NCBI GenBank assembly: GCA_944384185.1
Contig: CALWSM010000001.1
Coordinates: 1 to 61,640, forward strand
Direction: 5' to 3'
Length of the DNA stretch: 61,640 nucleotides
Source: an uncultured Blautia sp.
Lineage (GTDB): Bacteria; Bacillota; Clostridia; Lachnospirales; Lachnospiraceae
This document shows, in pieces, positions 8,187 to 19,237 of the stretch (position 1 is the stretch's first letter; each line of letters starts with the position of its first letter). The notes beneath the pieces are model-generated. The model had not been told where the DNA came from. It was given only the letters and a program-made list of their open reading frames with translations, and searched no databases. Made by a program: the position numbers and the translations under genes.

Positions 8187-9746
8187 TCATCCTTCTACTT
8201 TTTTCATAAGGATCAGGGTATCATAGGGCCTGATCTCCCGGTCCTCCAGATGGTTCAGCTGGGTAATGGTCTCTATGGTGGTATAAAATTTCTTTGCAAT
8301 ATCCCAGAGAGTATCCCCCGGCTGGACCTGATATCCAACGATCCCCGGCATACTGCTCAGCTTTTCCCGGTCCAGCTCCTTCTCCTCGATCCCCCGGATA
8401 ACGCCGGTCCTCATACCTTTCAGTACCAGTGCGTTCAGGTTAATGATGATCTTCACCTCGATCTCATCGCTGTCGATCATCGTGGTGGAGAGCTGTTCCA
8501 AATCTGTGCGCAGATGATAGGTACAGTCCCCGGAGATTCCCGGAGCTTCGATAAGATGGGAAAAGGGGATCATGGTTTCCATGGAATAAAAAGGCATCTC
8601 GTCATCGCTGACAATATACAGGATCCGTACCTGAACGATCCCTTCTACCAGTATGCCCCGGTCTGTGATACTGGCCTCATCGATCTTTACATTTCCGTCG
8701 CTATGGCAGATCTGAAGGATCTTGCCCTGGCTGTTCTCGGCCTTTACCCGGTCGCTGACCTTACACTTGGAAAAGTTTTTCACCAGCAGGCTTTCCAGTC
8801 TTTTGTCCTCCCGGAGAGCCTGACAATCTCTGGCCGGGGTATAGACATCCAAAAGCAGGGAAATTTCTTCCTCTTCATAGATATTCATTTCCAGCTCCAG
8901 GACCGCATCTACCCCGATCATCCGCTCTTCCCCGTCTTCATCCTGCTTTACCTTCAGATCACTCTGAGCCATGGAAACTTCCACATTGGGGATCATATCC
9001 GTGCTGCACCCGGGGCACTCCAGCTCCTGGTAAAAAGGAAGGGAATGCTCCAGCCACTGAAGAGAGTTATTGTCGTCGTTTCCCCGGTACAGGACAAAAA
9101 CAAAGAGCTCTCCCTTTACCCCTATCCTGTCCTGCTCTGTCCGGATATCCAGCCCCCGGATCTCCACCGTGTCCCACAGAAGCTGATAAATATCCGGCTT
9201 ATTGGACGCCAGGCTGATATCTTCCTTCACCCGCATAGTATCTTTTTTATGTATGGCCGTTCCCATAACAGAAAGGTCTTCCTTCTTCTGGGAAATATCC
9301 GGATCTTCCACGCCCACAGGCAGTTCCGTCTCCTTTACTTCTTCTGCATAGGCGGTAAAGGTTACCAGAGCTTTGATGTTCAGTTTTCTGGAATTGATAA
9401 AATGCACCGTGAGATCTTCGATCTCCCACTTCAGCTGGACCTTATCACCATTTTCCAGGCCCTCCAGATTCAGATTTTCCCCCAGGGGAAGATTCCCCAT
9501 CAGGCTTTCAATATTCCGCTCCTCGCTGTCGCTGACATATAATAGGAACACCTGCAGAGCCCCGGTAATGTAGGCCTTTCCTTCCGTGATCTGGATATCC
9601 TCGATCTGGATATTCCCCTTTTTCTGGATCATACGTCCCATATCCGGCTTAACGTCCGGCACATTCATATCTTCATCAAAAGTGATCTGGCTCACCGCCT
9701 GGCATTTTCTCTCCAGCATATGCACTTTTTTCGTGATCAGTTCCAC
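8187..9746 (-). CDS. SPOCS (DUF3794) repeat plus C-terminal LysM spore coat morphogenetic protein (SipL-like)
   Basis: Three repeated PD..PD/G.L...LY domains; C-terminal YQVQPGDTLWDIAKKF LysM; adjacent to ispE. Confidence 0.85.
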   Translation of the reverse strand: MELITKKVHMLERKCQAVSQITFDEDMNVPDVKPDMGRMIQKKGNIQIEDIQITEGKAYITGALQVFLLYVSDSEERNIESLMGNLPLGENLNLEGLENGDKVQLKWEIEDLTVHFINSRKLNIKALVTFTAYAEEVKETELPVGVEDPDISQKKEDLSVMGTAIHKKDTMRVKEDISLASNKPDIYQLLWDTVEIRGLDIRTEQDRIGVKGELFVFVLYRGNDDNNSLQWLEHSLPFYQELECPGCSTDMIPNVEVSMAQSDLKVKQDEDGEERMIGVDAVLELEMNIYEEEEISLLLDVYTPARDCQALREDKRLESLLVKNFSKCKVSDRVKAENSQGKILQICHSDGNVKIDEASITDRGILVEGIVQVRILYIVSDDEMPFYSMETMIPFSHLIEAPGISGDCTYHLRTDLEQLSTTMIDSDEIEVKIIINLNALVLKGMRTGVIRGIEEKELDREKLSSMPGIVGYQVQPGDTLWDIAKKFYTTIETITQLNHLEDREIRPYDTLILMKKVEG

Positions 9747-9761
9747 ACCATTACCCCTTTT

Positions 9762-10172
9762 CTATTCAAAAATCACCGGCTCCTCCCGGTATTTCATCTT
9801 CACCACCAGACAGGGATAAGAAGGCTCGTCTGTCAGCTCTTCCCGGTCCTCAGGTCCCATCAGCACCGTCTTGAGATGGATCGCATTCTCCCACAGGGAC
9901 AGATCTTCGATCTGAATGCTGTATCCTCCGCTTTCTTGTTTTCCATAACCTTTCAGCAGATAAAGATATCCCTGGTCCTCGTAGGTCATCTGAAACTCTT
10001 CTTCCCTGTTTTCCTGGATCAGTTCTTTTACCTTATCCGGATAATCTTCCTCCTTCATCACCGTGTATTCCGGTTTTACCCCGTCTCCTGCCCGGACTTT
10101 TTCAATACTGCAGCCTCCCAGAAAGCAGCAAAGCGCCAAAAAAAGCAGGATCCCTGCTCTATATCTTTTCAA
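9762..10172 (-). CDS. Lipoprotein, PrcB C-terminal-like family
   Basis: Lipobox FLGGC; YG.Q.SGGYSI.I and P.YP.LVVK motifs; TTG start. Confidence 0.7.
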   Translation of the reverse strand: MKRYRAGILLFLALCCFLGGCSIEKVRAGDGVKPEYTVMKEEDYPDKVKELIQENREEEFQMTYEDQGYLYLLKGYGKQESGGYSIQIEDLSLWENAIHLKTVLMGPEDREELTDEPSYPCLVVKMKYREEPVIFE

Positions 10173-10208
10173 TCTTCCTGCAATCCTCGTTTCGTCGATC
10201 TTATCCCT

Positions 10209-10237
10209 AATTTATGCGGAGTTTGCGAAAAATATAC
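10209..10237 (-). promoter_or_regulatory. Candidate SigE promoter for the lipoprotein-sipL unit
   Basis: GTATATT-14 bp-CATAAATT matches SigE consensus. Confidence 0.6.
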
Positions 10238-10341
10238 CTGTTTTTCCTTGCGGATTTTACAAACACTTATTATAATAAATAGATAACAGCCTTCTATACC
10301 ATTTGGTATAGAAAATAGATTTTGTAAAGGATTGGAATATT

Positions 10342-11082
10342 ATGTTTCGTTTTATTATCATCTGTATTATCGTAGTGGGATATCTGATCTTATCCATCCC
10401 CATACTTTTCGGCGAATGGATCCTGGGGAAATTCAGTAAAAGGAAAAAGGATATCAGCTCTCTTCGGATCATCCAGGCGGTGTTCCGGCTGATCCTGAAG
10501 GTTACCGGCGCAGAGATCACCGTCATCGGCCATGAAAAAGTTCCAACAGACCAGGCGGTTTTATATATCGGCAACCACAGAAGCTTTTTCGATATCCTTC
10601 TCACTTATGTCCTCTGTCCGGACATCACAGGTTATGTCGCCAAAAAGGAGATGGAGCCTATCCCCCTTCTCTCCAATTGGATGCGGTATCTTCACTGCCT
10701 CTTCCTGAACCGGAAGGATATCAAAGAAGGGCTGAAGACCATACTCACCGCCGTAGAGGAAGTGAAAAGCGGCGTATCCATCTGTATTTTCCCGGAAGGC
10801 ACCCGGAACAAAGGGGATAACGAGCTGGAGCTTCTCCCCTTCCATGAAGGGAGCTTTAAGATCGCTACCAAAACCGGATGTCCGGTGATCCCCATGGCCA
10901 TCCACAATTCCGCCCAGATCTTTGAAGCCCAGTTTCCTAAGATCCGTCCCTGCAAGGTGGTGGTAGAATACGGAGATCCCATCTATCCTGACCAGCTCTC
11001 AAAAGAAGACAAAAAGCATCTGGGTCTTTATACCCAGAATATCATCCGTAAAATGCTGGAAAAACACCAGACAGCAGCATAA
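10342..11082 (+). CDS. plsC: 1-acyl-sn-glycerol-3-phosphate acyltransferase
   Basis: NHRSFFD (HX4D) and IFPEGTR motifs. Confidence 0.92.
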   Translation: MFRFIIICIIVVGYLILSIPILFGEWILGKFSKRKKDISSLRIIQAVFRLILKVTGAEITVIGHEKVPTDQAVLYIGNHRSFFDILLTYVLCPDITGYVAKKEMEPIPLLSNWMRYLHCLFLNRKDIKEGLKTILTAVEEVKSGVSICIFPEGTRNKGDNELELLPFHEGSFKIATKTGCPVIPMAIHNSAQIFEAQFPKIRPCKVVVEYGDPIYPDQLSKEDKKHLGLYTQNIIRKMLEKHQTAA

Positions 11083-11086
11083 AAAA

Positions 11087-11153
11087 TTCCACTGCCCGGA
11101 GGAATATCTATATGGTCAGCAACGACCAGATCTATATCCCTCCGGCAGTGGAA
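11087..11153. terminator. Long imperfect hairpin between convergent plsC and murF
   Basis: TTCCACTGCC...GGCAGTGGAA outer arms with inner TGGTC/GACCA. Confidence 0.65.
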
Positions 11154-11166
11154 AACTTCCGAAGAT

Positions 11167-12534
11167 TTATTCTTGAAGAGCTTCCAGGATCTTTCCAAAC
11201 TCCATAAAGTGGGAAGCTTTTACTAAAATATGATCCCCCTGCCCCAGGATACAGGGAAGCTCTTCCAGCAGCTCCTCCTTGGTGGCAAAGTGCCGGATCT
11301 CCTTTGCAGGGGCCGTAAGCTGGGCGGCCTCCGCCATATAGGCGGACAGCTCTCCCACGCAGAGGAGTACGTCAATATTTCTGGAAGCGGCGTATACGCC
11401 TACCTCCCGATGCATATCTACCTGATCCTCTCCCAGCTCTCCCATATCTCCCAGGATGGCCACCTTCCGGCCAAGGGCGTCAGAAAGAATATCCAGAGAG
11501 GCTTTCATAGAAACCGGATTTGCATTGTAGCAGTCGTCAATAATGGTGTAACGGTCTGTATTTATAATATGGAACCGGCCGCTTACCGGCTGGAGGCTCT
11601 GGATCCCTTCTTTGATTTCCTCTTGTGACAGGCCGTAGATCTGTCCCACTGCTGCGGCAGCCAGGGCGTTATATACCATATGCCGTCCCGGCACCGGGAT
11701 CAGGACCTGGAAGGAATCCTCTCCCATATGGATCCGGCAGGAGATCCCCCGAAGGCCCTCCGACTGCACCTGATCCGCCCAGATTCCCTGATGGTTCTCC
11801 AGTCCGAAAAATACAGGCCGGATCCCTTTCACTTCTTTTACCGTCACCAGCTTGTCGTCATCGCCGTTTAATACGATATGTCCGTCATCCTCCAAAAAAT
11901 CAAAGATTTCGGTTTTTGCTTTCAGGATCCCGTCTCTGGACTTAAGAAATTCCAGATGGCACAGGCCGATGTTTGTGATCACACAGGTATCCGGTCTTGC
12001 GATCTTGGCCAGCCGGTGCATCTCTCCGAAATCGCTGATCCCCATTTCCAGCACTGCCATCTCATGTTCTTCCCTCAGGTTAAACACTGTAAGCGGCAGT
12101 CCCAGTTCATTATTAAAATTCCCCTGGGTCTTCAGCACCTTATATTTCTGAGAAAGGACCGATGCGATCATCTCTTTGGTGCTTGTCTTTCCCACGCTGC
12201 CTGTGATCCCCACAACAGGGATCTGCAGCTGTTTCAAATAATATTCCGCAATATCCTTTACCGCCTGGAGAGAGGATTCCACCTGGATATAGGGGTAAGG
12301 CTTTTCTCCCAGATCCTTCTCGGAAAGAGTGGCCAGAGCCCCCTTTTCCATAACTCCCTCTATAAAATCATGTCCGTCCGCCCTTGCCCCTCTGATGGGC
12401 ACGAAAAGACTCCCCTCCTGAACTTTTCTGCTGTCTGTGCAGATCGCTGCCGCTTCTCTGGTCTTATCTGCTTCAGAGCCTTTATAAATTCCCTTACATG
12501 CCTGGGCGATATGCTCTAACGTCAGATTCTTCAT
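11167..12534 (-). CDS. murF: UDP-MurNAc-tripeptide:D-Ala-D-Ala ligase
   Basis: GITGSVGKTSTKEM, NFNNELGLP, DDCYNANP.SM, LGDMGELG. Confidence 0.96.
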   Translation of the reverse strand: MKNLTLEHIAQACKGIYKGSEADKTREAAAICTDSRKVQEGSLFVPIRGARADGHDFIEGVMEKGALATLSEKDLGEKPYPYIQVESSLQAVKDIAEYYLKQLQIPVVGITGSVGKTSTKEMIASVLSQKYKVLKTQGNFNNELGLPLTVFNLREEHEMAVLEMGISDFGEMHRLAKIARPDTCVITNIGLCHLEFLKSRDGILKAKTEIFDFLEDDGHIVLNGDDDKLVTVKEVKGIRPVFFGLENHQGIWADQVQSEGLRGISCRIHMGEDSFQVLIPVPGRHMVYNALAAAAVGQIYGLSQEEIKEGIQSLQPVSGRFHIINTDRYTIIDDCYNANPVSMKASLDILSDALGRKVAILGDMGELGEDQVDMHREVGVYAASRNIDVLLCVGELSAYMAEAAQLTAPAKEIRHFATKEELLEELPCILGQGDHILVKASHFMEFGKILEALQE

Positions 12535-12546
12535 TGCCTGTTCCCC

Positions 12547-13578
12547 CTAACGATATTTATTTAATGAAACCTCTATCAATTTTTCGCAAAGCCGGGGATA
12601 ACTGATCCCGATCACCTTTGCTTCCTGAGGGATCAGGCTGGTCGGCGTCATTCCCGGCAGGGTGTTTGCTTCAAGGCAGTACATATTTCCTTCTTCGTCC
12701 ATAATAAAGTCCAGTCTGGCATAGGCCTGAAGATGGAGGGCTTTGTAGCCCCGTTCCGCATAATCCTGCATCTCCTTGGTAAGCATTACCGAGATATCTG
12801 CAGGGCAGGTTTCTACACAGGAACCTGCCTGATATTTATTCTTGTAATCATAGAAACCTTCCAAAGGAGCGATCTCGATGACCGGATAAGCCTTTCCATC
12901 TACCACTGCCACCGAGAATTCCCGACCCTGGATAAATTGTTCTACCACAACCTCGTCCTCGTAAGAAAAAGCTTCTGCCAGAGCCATTTCATATTCTTTC
13001 TGATCTTTGGCAATACACACTCCCACGCTGGAGCCTCCGCAGCAGGGCTTGACAATTACCGGGAAGTCCATGCCGTAGTCGGCCAGTCTGGAAGTACAGG
13101 TTTTCTTATCCAGAGCGACTCCTTTGGGCGTGGGAACCCCCGCCGCCTCAAAGATCACTTTTGTGATCCCTTTGTCCATGGCCATGGCGCTGCTTAATGG
13201 ATCTGAACCGGTGTAGGGAATACCCATCAGATCCAGTACAGACTGAACCTTTCCATCTTCGCCGTTGGCTCCATGAAGGGCCAGGAACACGATGTCTGCC
13301 TTTTTGCAGATGTCCAGTACATAGGGGCCGAAAAATTCTTTTCTTTCTTTCATGGTCTTTTCCAGCTCCCGGCTTTTTTCCTGCATCCAGGCAGCCTCTT
13401 TTTCCACGTCGTAATCTGCGGGAAAAAGATCTTCCTCCAGCATCTCCCGTCCGAAGTAAGCGTCTAAGAGGATCGCTCTGTGATTTCTCTCCCGAAGGGC
13501 TGCGCAGATCCCTTTTCCGGAAACAATGGAAACCTCTCTCTCTGTGCTGTTTCCCCCTGCTAAAACTACTATATTCAT
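12547..13578 (-). CDS. ddl: D-alanine--D-alanine ligase
   Basis: GG.S.EREVS, LHG..GEDG, FYDYKNKY, EANTLPGMT. Confidence 0.95.
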   Translation of the reverse strand: MNIVVLAGGNSTEREVSIVSGKGICAALRERNHRAILLDAYFGREMLEEDLFPADYDVEKEAAWMQEKSRELEKTMKERKEFFGPYVLDICKKADIVFLALHGANGEDGKVQSVLDLMGIPYTGSDPLSSAMAMDKGITKVIFEAAGVPTPKGVALDKKTCTSRLADYGMDFPVIVKPCCGGSSVGVCIAKDQKEYEMALAEAFSYEDEVVVEQFIQGREFSVAVVDGKAYPVIEIAPLEGFYDYKNKYQAGSCVETCPADISVMLTKEMQDYAERGYKALHLQAYARLDFIMDEEGNMYCLEANTLPGMTPTSLIPQEAKVIGISYPRLCEKLIEVSLNKYR

Positions 13579-13605
13579 ATCTTAACTCCTTTTGTACCTG
13601 TTATC

Positions 13606-15009
13606 TTAGTATACTACTACAGGAACTCCTTTTTCGATATTATTATAAATTGTGGCTGCATTTTCTGTAGGCGTATTCACACAGCCATGAGAACCGTTGT
13701 TTAAATAGATAGACCCTCCGAAGCTGGATCTCCAGCTTGCGTCGTGGATACCTACGTTTGCATAGAAAGGCATCCAGTAGGACACTGCGGAATTGTACCC
13801 TTCTCCTACTAAGGTAGCGTCACGCTCTTTATACATGATGGCGTAAACTCCTGTATGGGTATCCCAGCCTTTGTTGTGGCAGCCGGTGACCACATCTGTA
13901 TCTACGATCAGCCGCCCTTCTTTATAAAACCACATGTGCTGCTGGTCCAGACTGATCTCCACATAAGTATTTCCTATGTCGTTGGCGTCCCTGCAGTATC
14001 CGGTATAAGTATATGCCGGCTCAATGGTCTGGCTCTGTCCGCTCTTAATGGCGTCTATGATCTTCGTGGTGGTATCATTGGGTGCGATCAGCCAGCCGTA
14101 ATCTCCTCCGCTGACGGTGATCGTCTGCCCGGAAGATGTCTGAAACTGCCTGGACATACCGAAGGTATCATATTTATATTGGAGCTGCTGCACATATTCC
14201 CGTACCTTTTCCCGGTCCAGATCCACCTGGCCTTCCTCATTGGTGATCAGCCAGTCCTTCATCACATCACCGTTGACGACCTCCTGCCTGTCTGAAAAAC
14301 TGATGGTAACGGTTACAGTAAGGAATTTATTTCCTTCATCTCTCTGTTTCGCCAGATTCTCATCTGTACTGAGAACCGCCGGCTCTATGTAGCAGCCTGC
14401 CTGATCCAGATCCAGAAGGGTTTCTCCACTGTTAACGGCGTTCTTCACCGCTTCTCTTACTTTATCCCGGTCAAGAGCGGTTCCCTTGGTTTCCTCCACG
14501 ATCACATACTGTCCATCCTGCACCTCCAGATGTGCGTCCACAGGCTGTGTCACATTTTCCTCCCTAAAGCATTCCAGCCCATCCACCGCTCCGTTTAATG
14601 CATTTTCGTCATAAGAAACAGCGGCGGACAGTACATGCTCCTGCTGTGATGTAAAAGCCAGAAACCAGGCAAAGGGATTCTGCTGTTTTTTTATTTCCTG
14701 TATCTTCCCGTCGCTTACGTATTCCATATGGATCTGGGAAGCGTCGATGGCCTCGCTTTTATCCCCCCGTTCTTTCAGTACCAGCTGGTAAGATTCGATC
14801 CGGCTTTTCATATTCTCCTCCACCTCTTCTACGGTCCTTCCCGAACAATCCAAACCGTTGATCTTGGTCCCGGACAAGAAGCGGCCGGAATAATAAAACA
14901 CGCCGATAGCGTAGGCAATGACCAGAAGGGCCACATATCCCATAAGTACGCCCAGCATGACCTTTTTTGCTTTTTTATATTTTCCTTTCTTACCTTTCTT
15001 TTTTGCCAT
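13606..15009 (-). CDS. Membrane-anchored L,D-transpeptidase (peptidoglycan-binding repeats plus YkuD domain)
   Basis: N-terminal basic region plus TM; C-terminal GIHDASWR...GSHGCVN catalytic motif. Confidence 0.9.
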   Translation of the reverse strand: MAKKKGKKGKYKKAKKVMLGVLMGYVALLVIAYAIGVFYYSGRFLSGTKINGLDCSGRTVEEVEENMKSRIESYQLVLKERGDKSEAIDASQIHMEYVSDGKIQEIKKQQNPFAWFLAFTSQQEHVLSAAVSYDENALNGAVDGLECFREENVTQPVDAHLEVQDGQYVIVEETKGTALDRDKVREAVKNAVNSGETLLDLDQAGCYIEPAVLSTDENLAKQRDEGNKFLTVTVTISFSDRQEVVNGDVMKDWLITNEEGQVDLDREKVREYVQQLQYKYDTFGMSRQFQTSSGQTITVSGGDYGWLIAPNDTTTKIIDAIKSGQSQTIEPAYTYTGYCRDANDIGNTYVEISLDQQHMWFYKEGRLIVDTDVVTGCHNKGWDTHTGVYAIMYKERDATLVGEGYNSAVSYWMPFYANVGIHDASWRSSFGGSIYLNNGSHGCVNTPTENAATIYNNIEKGVPVVVY

Positions 15010-15156
15010 ATTCCCTACCTCTTTTCAACTCCCGCTGTTTCGTTTCAGTATAGCACAAATTTTCTTCGATACCAACCCCGTATCCGGGAGATTTCTCATA
15101 TTTCTTTTCCGGCAGATCCTGCCTCTGTCCCTTGCCGGAGCCTATCATAAAAAATT

Positions 15157-15180
15157 GGCGCCGTGAGTCTTCACAGCGCC
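15157..15180 (-). terminator. Terminator after aminotransferase
   Basis: GGCGCCGTGA/TCACAGCGCC stem with upstream A-tract (U-tract on minus strand). Confidence 0.55.
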
Positions 15181-15210
15181 TTAAGATTCCTGACGGAGCC
15201 GCCGCTCCGT

Positions 15211-16497
15211 TTATTTTTCTTCCAGTATTTTGTCAATACTGATCAGCTTCACGCTGAGAACAAAGATTTCTGTCGCCAGCTTCAGCTCTTCCAGTGACGG
15301 AAAGCTTGGAGCAATACGGATATTGCTGTCTTTCGGATCCTTCCCGTAAGGATAGGTAGCCCCGGCATCTGTCATTTTCAGTCCGGCTTCCGCTGCCTTT
15401 GCCACGATTTTTTTTGCGCAGCCTTCCATTGCGTCAAAAGAAATGAAATATCCTCCCATAGGCTTGGTCCAGGTTCCGATCCCGGCTTCTCCCAATTCCT
15501 GCTCCAGGGTGTTTTCCACTGCCTCGAATTTCGGGCGGAGGATCTCTGCATGCTTCTTCATATGTTTGTGCATACCTACAATGCCGCCAAAGAAGCGTAC
15601 ATGACGGAGCTGGTTGATCTTGTCATGACCTATGGTCTGTACTGTCATATATTCCTTAATATCCGCCAGGTTTCTGGGAGACGCTGCAACTGCGGCAATC
15701 CCGGAACCCGGGAAAGTAACCTTAGAAGTAGAAACAAATTTATAAACCATATCCGGATTGCCTGCTTTTTCACATTCGTCCAGGATCTCCACCAGAAAAT
15801 CCTGGTGTTCGTCATAGAGATGATGGATGCAGTAAGCGTTATCCCAGAAAATACGGAAGTCTTCCGCCGCCGGTTTCAATCTGGCAAATCTCTTAACGGT
15901 CTCTGCGGAATAAGTGATCCCCTGAGGATTGGAATACTTGGGCACGCACCAGATACCTTTGATGGCAGGGTCAGCGCTTACCAGCTCTTCTACCATATCC
16001 ATATCCGGTCCGGCAGGCGTCATGGGAACATTGATCATCTCGATACCGAAATACTCTGTGATCCGGAAATGACGGTCATATCCTGGAACCGGACATAAGA
16101 ATTTTACTTTATCCAGTTTGCACCATGGAGTGCTGCCGCAGACGCCGTGGGTCATGGAGCGGGAAACCGTATCAAACATCACGTTCAGGCTGGAATTTCC
16201 GAAGATAATGATATGTTCCGGAGAAATCTCCATCATCTCTCCCAGAAGCCTTCTGGCCTCGGGAATACCTTCCTGAAGTCCGTAGTTACGGCAGTCAACG
16301 CCGGCTTCGCATTTCAGCTTATCGGTGCTTTTTAACTCTTCCAGCATACCCATAGACAGATTTAACTGTTCTTTGCAGGGCTTTCCTCTGGACATATCAA
16401 GGTTTAATCCCTGGGCTTTTACTTGTTCAAACTGCTTTTCTAAATCGCCTTTCATGGCCTGTAACTGTTCTTTGCTAAGTTCTCTGTACGGTGTCAT
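15211..16497 (-). CDS. PLP-dependent class I/II aminotransferase (probable type Ic aspartate aminotransferase)
   Basis: LDMSRGKP, CPVPGYDRHF, YSNP.G, WDNAY, STSKVTFPG, NIRIAPS; start MTPYRE behind GGAGG. Confidence 0.85.
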   Translation of the reverse strand: MTPYRELSKEQLQAMKGDLEKQFEQVKAQGLNLDMSRGKPCKEQLNLSMGMLEELKSTDKLKCEAGVDCRNYGLQEGIPEARRLLGEMMEISPEHIIIFGNSSLNVMFDTVSRSMTHGVCGSTPWCKLDKVKFLCPVPGYDRHFRITEYFGIEMINVPMTPAGPDMDMVEELVSADPAIKGIWCVPKYSNPQGITYSAETVKRFARLKPAAEDFRIFWDNAYCIHHLYDEHQDFLVEILDECEKAGNPDMVYKFVSTSKVTFPGSGIAAVAASPRNLADIKEYMTVQTIGHDKINQLRHVRFFGGIVGMHKHMKKHAEILRPKFEAVENTLEQELGEAGIGTWTKPMGGYFISFDAMEGCAKKIVAKAAEAGLKMTDAGATYPYGKDPKDSNIRIAPSFPSLEELKLATEIFVLSVKLISIDKILEEK

Positions 16498-16534
16498 GGC
16501 TTTCCTCCTGGTTTTGTTGATTTCACTGTTTCCT

Positions 16535-16563
16535 ATTGTATCCGCCGTATGATATAGTGTCAA
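16535..16563 (-). promoter_or_regulatory. SigA promoter of aminotransferase
   Basis: TTGACA-17 bp-TACAAT. Confidence 0.8.
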
Positions 16564-16651
16564 GTATTTCTTGCATTTTTGTTGGTTTTCACTGGAAAAA
16601 TTCCTGCTTTTTCGGTTTTATATGCAACTTTACATCCTTCTTCCTGCAAAA

Positions 16652-19237
16652 TCACCTGTTTTTATGAAGTCCCATCAGTTTTCTTCCGATGACGGACAGT
16701 TCATGGAACCCTAAAGGCAGGGCAGAGATCCCCAAAAGAAGCTGCCATTCTCCCCAGGACAGCTGTTTCGTACCAAAAGCTTCTGTCAGAAAGGGAACTT
16801 CTGTGACCATCACCTGCAAAAAAAGCCCCAGGAAAAAAGCCAGGATCATAAAGGGATTTTCCAGATGGTTCATCCGGAATACAGACCGCTCCCGGTCCCG
16901 CATCCCCCAGGCGTGGAAAAGCTGGGAAACCCCCAGAACTGTAAAAGCGTAGGTCTGGCCGCCCAGACGGAAGGCGTAAAGGGTGATGCTTCCGATCAGG
17001 ATCCCATAGAAAATGGTAAAGAGCCAGCCGCCCCGGGCAAAGATCCCCTCTTTCGGATCCCTTGGTTTTTTGCCCATCAGAGCCTTCCCATCATTCTTAT
17101 CCACTCCAAGAGCCAGAGCCGGGAGAGAGTCTGTGATCAGATTTACCCAGAGAATGTGACTTGCTTTTAAAGGCGCCGGAAACTCCAGAAGGGCTGCGCC
17201 GAACATAGTGAGGATTTCTCCGAAATTTGAAGAAAGGAGAAAAAGAATGGCTTTCTTAATGTTCACATAAATTCCCCTTCCCTCTTCCATAGCCTTTTCG
17301 ATTGTGGCAAAGTTATCGTCTGTCAGGATCATATCCGCCGCATTTTTTGCTACATCGGTACCGTTTTTTCCCATAGCGATCCCGATATCCGCCGCCCGGA
17401 GAGAAGGGGCGTCGTTCACTCCATCCCCGGTCATCGCCACGATCTGTCCGGCTTCCTGGAAGCCTTTGACGATCTTCACCTTATGAGCCGGGGTAACCCT
17501 TGCGAAAACCCGGATATGGGGAATCCTCCGGCGGAATTCCTCTGGACTTATATCGTCTATTTCTCTGCCGGTCATGCACTGTTTTGGCGAATCTGCAATG
17601 CCGATCTTTCTGGCAATGGCAAAAGCCGTTTCCTTATAGTCTCCTGTGATCATGGCTACTGCCACTCCCGCTTTTTTCAGGATTTTTACAGAGGCTGCCG
17701 CCTCCTTTCTCGGGGGATCGATCATTCCTGCCATACCGGCGAAGACCAGTCCCTCCATGAGATGGGCCTCTGTCTTTTCCCCTGCTCTCTCCCGGTAGGC
17801 CAGCGCCAGGATCCGCAGGCCTTCCTTTGCCATCTGCTCCATAGCCAGGCGGAGCTTCATTTTCCTGGCCTGGGTCATAGGCTCCTGGCGGTCAGCGATC
17901 TGCACGTAACTGCATCTCTCCAGAAGGTAATCACAGGCGCCCTTTACATAGACTGTTTCATGTCCGCTATCCTTATGCACGCTGATCATATATTTTTTCT
18001 CCGGATCAAAAGGGATCTCAAAAGTCCTGGGATACTGTTCCAGCAGTCTTTCCCGGTCATATCCCATGTCCTTTCCCATATGGAGAAGGGCCAGCTCCGT
18101 AGCATCGCCGATCTCCTGACTGCCCAGCATGCTGTTATTGCAGAGAAGAAACCCTTCGGTCAGCCTTGGGAATTCCCGCTTTCTCACTTTAGAAACCGGC
18201 AGAAGCATGTCGTTGGCATAAATCTGGGTTACCTTCATGTGATTTTCTGTAAGGGTGCCTGTTTTATCGGAGCATACCACTCCTACAGAGCCCAGGGTCT
18301 CCACTGCCGGCAGTTTTCGGATAATGGTATTGACTTTTACCATCCGCCCTACTCCCAGGGCCAGGACGATGGTCACCACTGCCGGCAGGCCCTCAGGTAT
18401 GGCAGCGACTGCCAGAGATATCGACAGAAGGAGCATCTGCAGCATATCTCTGTGCTGGAAAATCCCCAGCAAAAAAAGAGCCAGGCAAAATCCCACAGCT
18501 GTAATGCTCAGGATCTTCCCCAGATTCCCCAGCCGTTTCTGCAGAGGCGTCTGCTCCCCTGGCGCCTGGTCGATCATATGGGCGATCTTCCCCAATTCTG
18601 TGTTCATTCCTGTGGCAGTAACGATCCCTTCTCCGCTGCCTTTCATGATCTGGGACGACATAAACAGCATATTTCGTCTTTCTGCCGCAGGAAGTCCTTC
18701 TTCCACAGGCATGCAGGTCTTCTGCACAGGAAGAGATTCCCCGGTAAGGGCCGACTCATCTGCGGAAAGCCCCCTTACCCTTAAAAGCCGGATGTCTGCA
18801 GGAACCTGAGCCCCTGCTTCTACCTTTACCAGATCTCCCCTTACCAGATGAGCTGCAGGGATTTTCCGGTATTCCGCTCCCCGTTTTACCAGAGCTTCCA
18901 AAGCGGTGATCTTTTTCAGAGCTTCCATGGCCTTCACTGCCTTTCCTTCCTGGAATACGCCGATGGCCGTATTCAGGAAGATCACTGCCAGAATGATCCC
19001 CGTATCGCTGAATTCCCGCAGGAGCATAGAAATGGCAGCCGCCACAAAAAGGATAAAGATCATAGGATCGTTGATCTGTTCCTGTATCATATCCCAGATA
19101 GTTTTCTCTTTTCCTTTTTTCAAAACATTTTCTCCCTGGTTTTTAAGACGTCTTTGCGCCTCCTCCTGAGTCAGCCCCTTTTGGGGATCCGTATCCAGGC
19201 TCCGGCAGAGTTCTTTCTCTTTTAAAGTCTCATACAT
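16652..19237 (-). CDS. Cation-translocating P-type ATPase (P2A, Ca2+-type)
   Basis: [27 protein letters not shown] motifs. Confidence 0.92.
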   Translation of the reverse strand: MYETLKEKELCRSLDTDPQKGLTQEEAQRRLKNQGENVLKKGKEKTIWDMIQEQINDPMIFILFVAAAISMLLREFSDTGIILAVIFLNTAIGVFQEGKAVKAMEALKKITALEALVKRGAEYRKIPAAHLVRGDLVKVEAGAQVPADIRLLRVRGLSADESALTGESLPVQKTCMPVEEGLPAAERRNMLFMSSQIMKGSGEGIVTATGMNTELGKIAHMIDQAPGEQTPLQKRLGNLGKILSITAVGFCLALFLLGIFQHRDMLQMLLLSISLAVAAIPEGLPAVVTIVLALGVGRMVKVNTIIRKLPAVETLGSVGVVCSDKTGTLTENHMKVTQIYANDMLLPVSKVRKREFPRLTEGFLLCNNSMLGSQEIGDATELALLHMGKDMGYDRERLLEQYPRTFEIPFDPEKKYMISVHKDSGHETVYVKGACDYLLERCSYVQIADRQEPMTQARKMKLRLAMEQMAKEGLRILALAYRERAGEKTEAHLMEGLVFAGMAGMIDPPRKEAAASVKILKKAGVAVAMITGDYKETAFAIARKIGIADSPKQCMTGREIDDISPEEFRRRIPHIRVFARVTPAHKVKIVKGFQEAGQIVAMTGDGVNDAPSLRAADIGIAMGKNGTDVAKNAADMILTDDNFATIEKAMEEGRGIYVNIKKAILFLLSSNFGEILTMFGAALLEFPAPLKASHILWVNLITDSLPALALGVDKNDGKALMGKKPRDPKEGIFARGGWLFTIFYGILIGSITLYAFRLGGQTYAFTVLGVSQLFHAWGMRDRERSVFRMNHLENPFMILAFFLGLFLQVMVTEVPFLTEAFGTKQLSWGEWQLLLGISALPLGFHELSVIGRKLMGLHKNR

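Noticed and set aside
8250-9542. Long antisense ORFs (also 17483-18784, 25466-26461, 32185-33165, 35829-36929, 42522-43502, 44773-45816, 55520-56521)
   Set aside because: Largely or wholly overlap well-supported genes on the opposite strand and lack motifs; typical shadow ORFs from codon bias
12547-15009. Vancomycin-resistance ligase cluster
   Set aside because: Omega loop FYDYKNKY fits a D-Ala-D-Ala ligase; no vanH/X/Y/T or adjacent vanRS
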